A DNA stretch of 64,000 nt from positions 7,363,519-7,427,518 of the forward strand of contig CM082578.2 of the NCBI GenBank assembly GCA_040954595.2, in the 5' to 3' direction. This DNA comes from Balanoglossus misakiensis. Lineage: Eukaryota; Animalia; Hemichordata. The position numbers and the translations under genes were made by a program. A model generated the notes under the pieces. It was not told the origin of the DNA. It saw only the letters and a program-made list of their open reading frames with translations, and searched no databases. This document shows, in pieces, positions 1-23,935 of the stretch (position 1 is the first letter of the stretch; every line of letters begins with the position of its first letter).

Positions 1-11816
<11,816 letters not shown>

Positions 11817-11872
11817 TGGCAGACAGACGGACAGCATGTGTACCAAGATTTGGTAGTAATGTATATACTTAC

Positions 11873-12649
11873 AATATCTACTGCATCTCCGGGAATACTA
11901 GCGACAAAACCCTTCATCAGTTTCGTCACATTTATTTGAAAGTCAATATGTATTCCATGTTCTTCAGAAAGAGCTTGAAATTTTTCTTCGAACTGTGCCA
12001 ATTGTTCATCAGTAAGGTCGTCCTGAATAAAAACAACCAAATGATGCTAATGCATATGGTATGATATGTACAAGCCACACCAGATGCTGTGGTTTCGCAC
12101 TACTATTTGCATCGTTCTTCGATGGAGATCTCAAATGTTTCTAAATAAAATTGAAACGGTGTAAATCAAATCACAATTTCGAGAGAAACGTACGGCCATC
12201 AAACTTTTTAGTGGGCATATTACATGTAAAAAATGGATATCACATCCATATTCTCTGATTAAAAGCTTACCCAAAGATACTTAAACAACCATGTCCAATA
12301 ACAAGCGCCATCAGTAGACGCGTGCGTCATAGTCGATGACTTTAGATACGAGTAAGCAAGTGACATGGAAACTTAACTAATGTGCCTATATTTCTTATCT
12401 ATATGTAAAGCAACTGCTCACCTTTAGTTTTACAATGTATTCATCGTCTATTTTCTCAGCCGGGGCATGAAGCAATGGAGCTTGACTCTCGCGTTTTACG
12501 AACCTCGGACGTAAGGCACGAATTCTTCGCTCTTCCACGATCTTTCTCGTCACTTTGCGGGATTCTGTGTTCTGTATCGCAATTAATGCAAATATGCAGA
12601 ACCAAATCGCCACCGAGGAGGACGGGGTCATTGTTGTCTGAAATGCCAT
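11873..12649 (-). CDS. Secreted subtilisin/proteinase-K-like serine protease precursor, 5' part (signal peptide plus I9 inhibitor prodomain); 3' exons not in the window
   Basis: Exon 12649-12422 reads MAFQ...hydrophobic signal...APLLHAPAEKIDDEYIVKLK (donor GTGAGC, phase 0). Exon 12022-11873 has acceptor TTATTCAG, reads DDLTDEQ...KLMKGFVASIPGDAVDI and ends at donor GTAAGT. The I-x-x-EYIVKLK and GF-x-A-x-I motifs match the peptidase inhibitor I9 prodomain of S8 proteases. No catalytic domain is visible. Confidence 0.8.
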
Positions 12650-12897
12650 CGTGTAAGATGATGAGAAAATGAATTGGTATCATTAAGAACATCGGCTTCA
12701 GTCATAAAAGGGAATAGAAAAATGACAGGTAAAACACGCAGATTTGAAATGCAAGACTGGAGCTTTTGTTTGCTTTGACCAAAGCGTCTCGCCCTTAAAC
12801 AAAATAGTGAACGAGATGAGTGACTTGCTACTCGAATCTGGAGACACAAAATGTGTGTGATGTTACTTCTGGAAAATTTAAGCTTTAAGAAACTTAC

Positions 12898-13000
12898 CTT
12901 TGTGTCGTTATGCAGTTAACACGCAGATGATGTCAGCTGGGCAACCGAAGATAGCTGTAAAAATCTACAGAAACTCTCCGCTTAGAATGTTGGTTTATAT
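12898..13000 (-). promoter_or_regulatory. Putative TATA box and non-coding first exon of the protease gene
   Basis: Minus-strand TATAAA at 12999-12994, a strong donor AAG|GTAAGT at 12898/12897, and a candidate acceptor after a pyrimidine tract at about 12696. Confidence 0.4.
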
Positions 13001-16000
13001 GGTTTAATTACTGCTCTCCTTCGTTTGCATTTACAAAAATAATATTGCTATGTACAAAAATGTTTCAATTCTTAAATAACGCGATGCTAACTACCAACCC
13101 ACACCATTGTTTCGATAAGGTAAAAATAAAATATGCTGACCGTACAGACATGCATGCATGTCTTTTTCCTCATTTTGCAGTTCTATTCATATCAAACTAT
13201 GCATAATTAACATCTCAATTAGAACAATGTGATACAACCACCGACCCACATTATTCCATTCAATGAGCTAAAGATAAATATACTGACCATAAAAAATTCT
13301 TTCTCTCTACGGTTGTTAAAAAAGTCATTCGATCGGATAAAACCGGATAGTGGGTAACAAAATCAGGGAGCTTTCATCTGTAACGAAGGGTGGGTTGGAA
13401 TGGGAGGACCCAGGTTGGGTGATTACATTTTATAATTCCACCCTTCTATCAAATTTAAGAATAAATTTCTAATTTGCTTAATTTGTAGTATGAACGATTA
13501 GAATATCTCTGGTGGATTTTGGGAACGGTAAACTTTTTGCATGACCGACCAAATTGAATCCAAAATACCCCCTTTCCCAATGAGACCTCCCCCTCAGCCA
13601 TGACAATTGAAAGGTACCTTAGCGAGGTGAAATTCCAATATAGGACATTTGCAGAATTTTGATATGCCAAAATACGTGCTTACATAGTAAGAGATATAGT
13701 CGGTTTACTTTTGCCTGTTTGTCTTTATCAATGTGTGTTTTAGAAAAATAAGATAGGTGTTCTTCTTGATAGCAATTCATGACGAACTATTTTGTTTCAT
13801 TTATTGACTTGGTCTGCGAAATTGGAAATAGAAAATAGATTTTATTTTCCGTTTGATTGAGACATGCCACTGACGAAGACGTCACAACTGGACAGCAGTT
13901 TACACCAATATTTGACAAGCTTGGTAAATCTAAATGTGTGGCGTATGGAATAGAGCCCAAGTCCACCTTTAATTGTTGCATAAGGTGCAATATGATAAAG
14001 ATTTAAAACAAAACGACAAACATTTTTCAGTACAATTCCAATTGGTAGCCGTTCTTAAAACCCAAATATTTCACTACCATACATCATGACAAATATGTTT
14101 AACGCTAGACAAACATTAACAAATGTGCAGAGAGAAAATGGGCAAAAATGTTCAAATGTTGTGCCGAATTTTACATAAAAAATGCGCCATCAACCTGACG
14201 ATTATAATCATTAGAAAAAAACTTAAGGTTACCCTCAAACAAATATCTTTTTCGTTGTGGCCAACTCTGCACTTTTTCCCTGATGAACCGCTGCGTGCTT
14301 ATTTTGGCTAATACTGTCGGACTGAAAATAGAAGTTAAACTCTCTTTAATTCCGATATACAGTCATTAAATTTACCAACACCACAGACCACAAAAGAACA
14401 GAAGTGGGGTTGTGCTCGGGTGAAATACACAAAGAAAAAGGAAAAATGAGTACTAGTAAGAAAAAATATGAGAAACTGAACAGTCAACAACAATTGTTGT
14501 TTTGACCACATTAATTTACATGACTGACAGCGTTGAATATTAACATAATTATGTTTAATTTGTACACTAAGCTTCAACTGCCCTCTTGCAATATCCCCAC
14601 CAAGAACATCACTAAATCTTTGTGAACAAGCTCGAGTACGATGATGTCATCAAACTTTCATTGGCCAGTTAAACCAGACCTTCATCGTTGATTGGACAGC
14701 GTTGTTTACTTATTTGCAGGCGTAGATCAAATGTATACATCGGATTTGTCTCATTACAACTGAGGTCAGACATGCAGGGGAAATTAAATATGACAATACA
14801 GACGCCCGCGATCAATGAACGACGGGATGAGGGCATCAGAAGGGCACCGAAAAAGAAATGCCATTTGGTTCATCCCCACCCCTCAGTAAAAAACATCAAG
14901 CGCCAAAACTGCGCCCAACATTTACAGCTAATGCGCCATTTATTCGCTCACCAATATCGCTAATCACCCAGCAAAGTCTCCGAGTCTTTGCAATACGCCG
15001 AAACAATCATGTATGAAGCTACTTTGACCAAAATGTAAACCGACATCAAGCGCTGGAATTCGAAGCGATAGCGTTTAGCATCACTGGCGAAAATGGTTAC
15101 ACTTGTGACGAGGCAATTTTTGTGAATTTCGTCGACACATACTCAAGATGATTCGTAAAGAGGACTTTAATGAGCAAAACCCAAAATAAGTTTTTTAGAT
15201 ATTTAGGTTGTACATTGCGTTTGAAGGCCTTGAAGCGATGGGGTTTTCTGTATTCAACTTCTGTATCCTCGTAACAGAAGCACACGACCGTCATTCTTTT
15301 CTCAAGATGCATTTAATTTTATTCGATTTTAAGTTTTCATTTCAACACGTTTCGCCCGATCTCTCATGCAATCTCTGAAAAGGAGTCACAAACTACGTGC
15401 GTGTTTTCGGCTCCGATAGACCCATGGTTTGCGCCGCTCGCTTGGGTTCTATCCGACCTCATTGAAATGGTCACGGAAGCTTTGGGTGTCGTAGGTTCGA
15501 GGCCTCGAGTATTCTCGTTTACGTGCAATACATGAGAAAATGGTGGCGGGTTTATCACACCCACATCACGAAAATAGTGGCCATTTTATTTCAGACGTTT
15601 TTGATCGCAAGGCATCTTTTTTGTTTGAATACGGCTTTAATTGTTCTCCTTCGCTGTAATCTATGAAATAGGATCACACGTTGACCATATTTTCTGTCGG
15701 GACACGTTTCAATGTCACAAAATGTTCAAAATACATGTATATGGCACACTGCGACGTAATTTATTCCCGACCGAAAAGATGATGGGCAGGGTGGAGTATT
15801 GGGGTCCAGAAAGGCCCACCGACACAGAGCGAATTATAGTCATTTTGCCCAAGGACCTATAGGCCTAATTCAACTTAAAAAAAACATACTATATTGAACA
15901 ACGAATAGCAACACTCAAACCAACACTAAAATGAAGATGTATACAAAAATCACACAAAGTCTAAGTTCAGTCCGCAGTCTTGCCTTGTTCATTTATTTTC

Positions 16001-16393
16001 TCAGATTTTGTTATATTTTCTATATTCGCTTATTTCCTTGTTACATGTATATGCTTATTTTCCTGTTATTTCCGGGAAAAGAAGTTATTACGGTAACCCT
16101 TAAAAATGATCGGAATTGTTAATTTTTGGATCATCCTGTGTATGTATAATGAAAAATCCGCGATATACATGTAATATAGGGGTCACCACGCTTGTTTTTG
16201 AAATACAGAGCCATAAATGTAGTCGATAGAAGAACACACCAATGGTTTGTCTATGGGCAAAAAAATTAACGCAATTTATCTCAAAATAGAGAAGGGTGAC
16301 CACACGATTTTATTTGACCGATGAATTTATATTTACTGGACTGAGCTATGTGTAAAATTTCGTTAAAATGACAATAGTAGAAGTTTGTTTTCT

Positions 16394-16651
<258 letters not shown>

Positions 16652-18139
16652 GTAATCCTATGGGAAAAAGACTCTCGAGCACTGTTTATCAGTTTATATT
16701 CTGCGCGTACATCCTTAATACATTCTTTATGGCATGAAAAAGGTAAAAAAAATGGGGAAGCTGATTTAAGTATCCTATGTAAAACCGAGAGGAGCAATTC
16801 CACGTTTCTTAGGGGTATTCCGGTTTCTCGTTAGGCCTACAAGTGAACTTTTTTGTGAAATCCTTCGGCTCTCCCGGCGCCGATATATGAAAGTAGTATT
16901 AAATGGCACTGCTTAATGGCAAGAGACGCCGTATTGAACAAGAGACGTCACATCTAACCTTCGAATATGTCACGTATCCCGTCATCATGCACAGAAGAAT
17001 GGGCGAGCGAGTCAAGGTGGCTTTGCCACCTTGGTTATTCATCCTAGGAGGTCATTAGCAAACGACCCAAGGTTGCAGTTACTGGTCTTTGTAACCAAAG
17101 AATCGTTCCTTTTATTCGAGGTGTATCACGTCAATGTATCGAAAACTCAACAAAATAAAACATTTGGCAGCCTGGGCACTCATGTTGGATGACATATACT
17201 AGGAATTGGAACGTGTCTCTTTTTTGCGTGTCTTGGTGTCAAGTGTATTTCCCAAAGCTGAATGTACATGAAAACCAGAATCGAGGCAATTTGGATGTAA
17301 ATTGAGCGAAACGTGCATCAAATTAGACCCCCAAGGGAACACTGGAATTGGGAGCCACGGTCAGACGACGCCACGCTTTTGACACAATCTTGGGATTATC
17401 CAGCATTATCCTGATGACGATTTCGCAGTCATTCAACCACATAAGCCGTGAAAAAATACCAGGTTCACACAGGGTAAAATTTTACCTGGTTCAGACAGGG
17501 AAAAATTTGAGACACTATCCTTACACCAGCTCAGGTCTGGCCGGCAAAGCCGTCTCATATGTAAACCGTTTCAGAACCACTGAAAACCAAGTTGAACCCG
17601 TATGGACGCAGTTTCGCTGGAACCAGCGAAGTTCGCGAAAAATTGATCGTTCGCGAAACACGGTAGTACGTGGTTGAATATTGGATCAAACGTGACGTTG
17701 GTGGCGAAAATCTATTGCGGGAAACAGCATGGAAAGCGTATGTGGCCACAAAGTAATAAACAAATGAATATCCGCTGCTCCACTGAAATCTTCTGCTCGT
17801 CATCTCCCGTATCAAACATCACCATGTTCAATTACAAAAACCACAATAGCTCTATTTTATGGTAACATCAGCCTTGATGGGAGTGACAGAATAAATTGTC
17901 GGATACAAAAAATCGTTATAACCGAGGCCTACTCCATGCCAACCCGCTACTGCTGGACCTGATGTCGATGGAGTTTGCTGTGGGCAATACAAGACCCGCT
18001 GTTTCAAAAGCTCCGTGACCAAATGCATACGCAGTGTATCAAAATAACGACTCCGTTCGTCGAGGGGGACGTGAACGCATGAAAGACTTCTGCGGCGCCG
18101 TGCTCTGTGACAATAATACACACAAAATCGGAGCGCGGT

Positions 18140-18461
18140 AATTGGTTGACCGTAGTCGAGTCTGCGCTCAAATAACGCGTTTGAAAAAAAATCGCGTCGC
18201 TTTTGTTATACTAGAAGTCTTTCCTGGCCCGAGGGATTGTGGGAACGAGCTGACTTTCAGCGGATGATAATAACAAACAAAAGTCAACCGGTGTAGGCAG
18301 TGCTAGCCTTGCGCAGAGTGACGACGCACATCTAGTGTTCGGCTTGCAGTTGCATAAATCTTCAGAGACGAGACGAAACGAGTAAAGCACCCTTCCTTAT
18401 ATTGACAGCATCAGCAGAAACTGAACACTTTATCCTTTTCGCACGGAAGATTCTTGAAAAG
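18140..18461 (+). promoter_or_regulatory. Candidate promoter and non-coding first exon of the GABA-B-like gene
   Basis: CpG-richer stretch with ATTGG at about 18141 and a consensus donor AAG|GTAAGT at 18461. The first coding exon has an acceptor just upstream of its ATG (26749), so an upstream exon is required. The link to this site is inferred. Confidence 0.3.
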
Positions 18462-19006
18462 GTAAGTTTCTATCGATGATACATAGGAACATTCTCCCCA
18501 TTACATCATCAACTATGAACAGATTACCACTTTGTATTTTCCGCGTTGTATTTCAGATTTTCTTAGGGATTCTCAAGCTCAATGTTCTGACCAACTAGCT
18601 AAGCGCGAAAACTTCACCCGTTCTTCGAAATGTATGTCAGTCTTTGTTTTAGCTCTAAAGTCGCCATAATTCAAAATGTTCACACGTATTCTTTCATTTA
18701 TTTTTAAGTTACTCTTGGCGATTTACCTTCATGAAATATTAGCAGACAAACGTGTTTCTTTCTTCCGCACTTACCCCTATCATAGATATATTAATACTGT
18801 TGGGATTTCTTAAACATTACCACGTCTCTTCGTTTCTTAGTCTAACTTATGTTTTTCTTTCGTTTTAATATAAACCCCCAATCCGCGCTTTTTGTGGATT
18901 GTATTCGCCTGCTTTCTACTAAGTATGAGTGCTTATGCGATCCCTAAACCCCGGCTATTTCCCTTCATCAGTTGCAAACCTCTGTCCGCACGCTTAGTTG
19001 TTTGAC

Positions 19007-19977
19007 TAGTCCTGTTTCAAAATGACCTACATTACAGGTCCTATGCACACGTATTACATGTTCTGATTGGTTTATCCGCTTCTCTAAGGTCCACTTGCGG
19101 CTCGCTGATTGGAGGGACCTTATGTGTTAGGTCTTATTACTATGTATTATTCACCAGACCTTGTAGGTTAGGTCTTATTACTATGCATTATTCACTTTAC
19201 AGCTCCCTGATTGGTTAATGTGTAGGTCTGGTCCTCCAGTGTTCACTGCCTCATTATGCAGGACCTTGTAGGTTAGGTCTTATTAATATGTATTTATTCA
19301 CCATACAGCTCCCTGATTGGTTAACATGTCAGTCTGTATGGCCAGATGTTACACGAAGTGATGCGCTGAAAGGCATTACGTAACAAAACACTAGCCCATT
19401 TCAACAAACCGCCACTGGAAATAAATGCGAAATTTCTCCTGGCAATTTTTATTTCGAGTATCTAGTTCACAGTTTCACATAAAATGCCATGAATAGTGTG
19501 AAGGAAAATGTGAAATCCAATCATTATATGAGTGCCTTTCTTTATACACTGGGATCGATCACGAGCTTCGACCACGCGCAGGTAGCATGCCAGACAGAAT
19601 ACGACAACAGTATTCAGAAAGTACAAAAGACTTTGCATAACGAGGCAGTGAAAACTGGAGACCTACACATTAACCAATCAGGGAGCTGAAAATTGAATAA
19701 ATACATATTAATAAGACCTAACCTACAAGGTCCTGCATAATGAGGCAGTGAACACTGGAGGACCAGACCTACACATTAACCAATCAGGGAGCTGTAAAGT
19801 GAATAATACATAGTAATAAGACCTAACCTACAAGGTCTAGTGAATAATACATAATGATAAGACCTAACACATAAGGTCCCTCCAATCAGCGTGCCGCAAG
19901 TGGACCTAAGATTACCAGATGGACCAATCACAGATGTCGGTACATATGTCATGGACCTGACTTATGAAACAGGACTA
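19007..19977. mobile_element. Foldback-type non-autonomous DNA element with about 300-bp modular inverted arms
   Basis: 19007-19324 is the reverse complement of about 19669-19977. Termini are TAGTCCTGTTTCA and TGAAACAGGACTA, and the arms are built from internal subrepeats. The terminal TA may be a TSD. Confidence 0.85.
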
Positions 19978-20624
19978 CTTCGACATTCATGGGACATATG
20001 CGGCGAATCTTTGCACCCAGCACATCCCCGCGCGCAGACGCTTTCTCATCACCATGACCGAGTCGTTATAGTTCCGTCCGTCAAAACAGTAGCCCGGTAT
20101 ATAAGATACTTGATCTAACATTTTGTCCATTATAGAAAGAAAAATATAATATTTAATAGAGTGTGACGAACTATTTCAGATTTTAGATTCTGTGTGGAAG
20201 TTTTCTAACTGACTGTCCCGATATGGTCACAAACTGCGAATTTTCAGCTTTGAACCCACTCGAATTTGACCGTTCGCCGCCGAGAACGGGATCAGGAAAC
20301 ACACACAGAACATTCACCATGGACTCAGTTTTTTGCCAGAAGATGGCACCAACCAGATGGCATTCCGTTCGTGAGGGGTGGAACCAGCAAGCTGGTCAGC
20401 AGAGTACTATTTTGTGTTGCAAGCTATACTTGATTGTTTAATGATCGAAATATCCGTTGCAAAATGTTGAAGCTTAAAGCTCCTGTAGCTGCCAAATTTC
20501 ACATATTTTTTCCACAGTAAAAAAACTTCAAATATATTCCCTTTGCATTTGCATTATTTTGTCATCTCTTGGCGACGCATACCACGAAAGATGCACATTG
20601 TTTGTATGGAGGCTGATTTAATCG

Positions 20625-20686
<62 letters not shown>
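20625..20686. repeat. (CTGT)n microsatellite
   Basis: Read directly. Confidence 0.97.
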
Positions 20687-21251
20687 ACTGTCTGTATGTA
20701 CTGTGCGTGCGTGTGTCATTTGTAATCCTTGGTGAAAAATACGTCACATGACACGAAAGGAATAATTTATAATGTTTAACTCGCAGGAACGGCATCGGAA
20801 ATGCCTATTTTACATCTTTATGTCACGCGGGCATGAAAAGTAATAATCAGCATTTTCTTCGCGGAAAATGTAACGAAGGTCGGCTTTCAAGCTTATAAAC
20901 CACGATGTATGTCTGCCGGCGAATCATCAACCACTTAGGTGTATTGCTGATATGAAAAATACATTTATTACCAGATAGCGGCTGGTGCATATCAATAATG
21001 CAAAATGCAATCCCTTTCCACTTCTCGCACGATATTCGCTGTCTAGATCCACCTAACTGTATCACTTACCGTGTTACAATGGCTGATCGGGTTTAGAATC
21101 AGCTCAATCAGTATCCAAGCAAAAGTAATTCTGCATCCCAAGTCAAGCGCGCATATTTTGCCGAGACAGCATGATAAGACTTTGTAGATGAATATACACA
21201 TATATATTCACGGACAAATCAAAATAAGACAAAATGACCTTCACGCTTACA

Positions 21252-21567
21252 TTAAGGTAGTACGCGCGCCGGGGAGAGATTTAATTATTTAAAAAAAGCA
21301 ATTCTCCACACCTCCCAATTCTGTGTTATATTAAATCGTGTGGTATTTGTTTTAAAACAAAGAAGAAAACTGGGCGTTCATGAAAATTACAAAGATTAAA
21401 CACAGAGAATGGCGGCCGTTTTGAATTTTCAATTTGAGACAATTCGCTGCACGGTACGGAGACCCCCATTTTTATTCTCAATTTTAAGAGAGAATATCTC
21501 AAAGTTGTCTTGAGCAAAACATGCGAGAATGTTTAAGACTGACTTTCGAGGCACATTCTACCTTTAA
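21252..21567. mobile_element. TTAA-flanked MITE (Kolobok-like)
   Basis: TTAA|GGTAGTACGCGC ... GCACATTCTACC(T)|TTAA gives imperfect TIRs (9/12), a TTAA TSD and GG...CC termini. A related shorter copy lies at 55977-56046. Confidence 0.6.
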
Positions 21568-22522
21568 GTTAACACTTGAAACAGGTACGTCTGAAAAAGA
21601 AGTAAATTGTGTGTACACTCTGTATTCTCTGGTTGGCGACTTGTGTTCGTGAGAGTTGATTTGGCCGTGTCTGATAGACCCTTTAACGTCTCTCAGAGAA
21701 CTCCGTTAAATACAAATGTACATGTACACTATAGAAGCGTAAGTAACAGTCCTTCAAGTAATCAATTCTCAGGGACACGTTGAACAACCAGGTCAGTAGG
21801 TACTTCCAACTGAGTTCAACTAGGCGAACATAATCTGTCGTGGCGAGTACGCGACGAAGTACTCTACTATATATCGGGAAAATCGAAGCACGTTTTAGTC
21901 AATGGTCCGGGCCATGCACCGGACGAGTGATTGTCCATCATCGATCAGTTGACAGTTTGTGCATCGTGGTCCTGTGAGCGGGCTAAGATTATTCAATGTC
22001 ACGTGACGGTAGTAGAAATATTGTGTTGAAGGAGAGACAAGACGATCGATGTAGTACACTGACGCAGACTAGCAAATTCGCCTCCCAGCGGGCCAGTGGA
22101 CCGTTACAGTGTCGTTCTTTAGACGCACTTTTCCGGTGAAGTCAAATTGAGCATGAAACACACAATTTCCGCTCGCTCGCCAGTATACAATGTACTAGCC
22201 GTGGAAGATGGGTTCTTTTACTGTAAACGTTCCTAGGTCTTGTTGATCGGCTAGAGAAAAACATATTCGCCTGAGTGTGGCCCGGGGCAGGGATTTCAAT
22301 CAAATCAGAAATGAATCCAGTCTAAGCTAATCATAAACATTGTTTGGGGGCATGTACGCGTACTACGAGAGCGTGGAATTTGTCTCTTCGCATAGGATTA
22401 CATTGTGAATCGCTAGAAAACTCAAATAGGGGAACAAAAAATCCACATATAAAAGAAATGACAATACTTTCAATTCGTACATCCGTAAGTAGACAATAGT
22501 CAGTATGTCTCACGCCATGAAA

Positions 22523-22523
<1 letters not shown>

Positions 22524-22582
<59 letters not shown>
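22524..22582. repeat. (AAC)n microsatellite
   Basis: Read directly. Confidence 0.97.
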
Positions 22583-23659
22583 AGCAGCGAAACAACGTAT
22601 GTGCTATCGACCAACGTTTCGAGCTAAACTGGGCCTCGCTATGAGTTGTGGGTTCGTTACCATAAATATTGTTGTTGATTAGTCAGCGACTGTGAGGAGA
22701 AAAAACTCGTTTTCGTGGTGTACGTGTTATCTGTGATTTGAGGAAATGTCTGTGAAAAACCTTTTTTTTTCATTGAATAATATGATTGTCGATACACGGC
22801 AAAGCGGAGATGTTCGATACACACGTGACATGAAGTGTACGTGCGCTGAACGCTGACTTGTGTTTTTTTTTTGTCGCTAAGAATGACATACACGGCCTCG
22901 AATGTGCCTGGAAGCCAAAGGAAATCTCCAAACAGTATTATCTGTGAGTGATTTTGAATTCATAATTTCACTTTTAAAGGTATAGTGTGATATACATGTA
23001 ATCGCTCGAAATGTTTCCTTGACAACCTCGAACTAGAATTTCGAGCAGTACAGATTTTATGACGCTCATTATTTTTATCCAAATGAACATGTAATGTGGC
23101 AGGTAAATTTAAATGCGTCATGTCCATTTTTATTCTTGCATTGTCGGTAATATATGTACAATCACTTCGAAATATTTTGTTAATCGGTAGGTTTCTTTCC
23201 GTTCGATACTTGTTAAAAATAGTCAAAAGGCCACAAGCCGATATTTCTACGGCCTGAAATTTCCACCAAGAGGTCAGTTGACCTTGGTATGAGGCAACTA
23301 CATACGTCTTGGCCTTCCTTTGTTGAGGATTGCATGAATCATTTATTATGTGACCCGAGTTCCGCATGCAGCTGTAACTGATTTGCCAGCTGTTTGGTTT
23401 TTGTTACACTCACCATGGGTAGTTAACGGCGAGGATGCAGCGATGAAAAGAGACAATAGACAATACGTTCGACGTCACCATGGGTACAGTACATGTAGCT
23501 ACGGCGGACGTGAGATACGTTTACTAACTTACATGTACATGGTCCCTGCATCCCCAACATTGTCGCAAAGAAACGCGACAAGAATTATATAGCATCGGCC
23601 GCGGCACTGGGGATGCTGGCCTGGGTGTCTTCAAGAATATGTCGGGCAGTCAAGCAGGG

Positions 23660-23935
23660 AGGATACTGAAAGACATCGCAAAGATAAACCAAATACCTCC
23701 CAGCCTGGCGAACATCCTTCTGTGACAGAGAAAACATAGCGACACCTCTCCACAATGATGCAGTGAAAGCCTTTGGATACAAAGATGTAATCGAATTAAA
23801 GTCCGACCAGCTCTCTGACGAACGTCACAAAAGAGGAAACAGTCAAAGAAACGGCGTCTGGGGTTCTATCCGCCCTACAGAAGAAGCATCGTGACCAACA
23901 TCGGAAGTACGTTATTGGTAGCGATCTCAAACATA
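23660..23935 (+). mobile_element. Degenerate Penelope-like retroelement fragment (RT thumb/linker region)
   Basis: Translation from 23739 gives ATPLHNDAVKAFGYKDVIELK...QRNGVW, then after a frameshift FYPPYRRSIVTNIGSTLL. This resembles the PLE motif A-P-Y-N-A-L-K-SGY ... RNIIWFNPPYS-NV-TNIG as I recall it. Stops and a frameshift are present. Confidence 0.65.

Noticed and set aside
15410-15510. tRNA or tRNA-SINE suggested by the B-box-like GGTTCGAGGCC at about 15494
   Set aside because: There is no cloverleaf, the A-box is weak and too distant, and I saw no second copy or tail.
17348-18121. Cluster of short ORFs on both strands
   Set aside because: No domain similarity or exon-phase logic that I can support.
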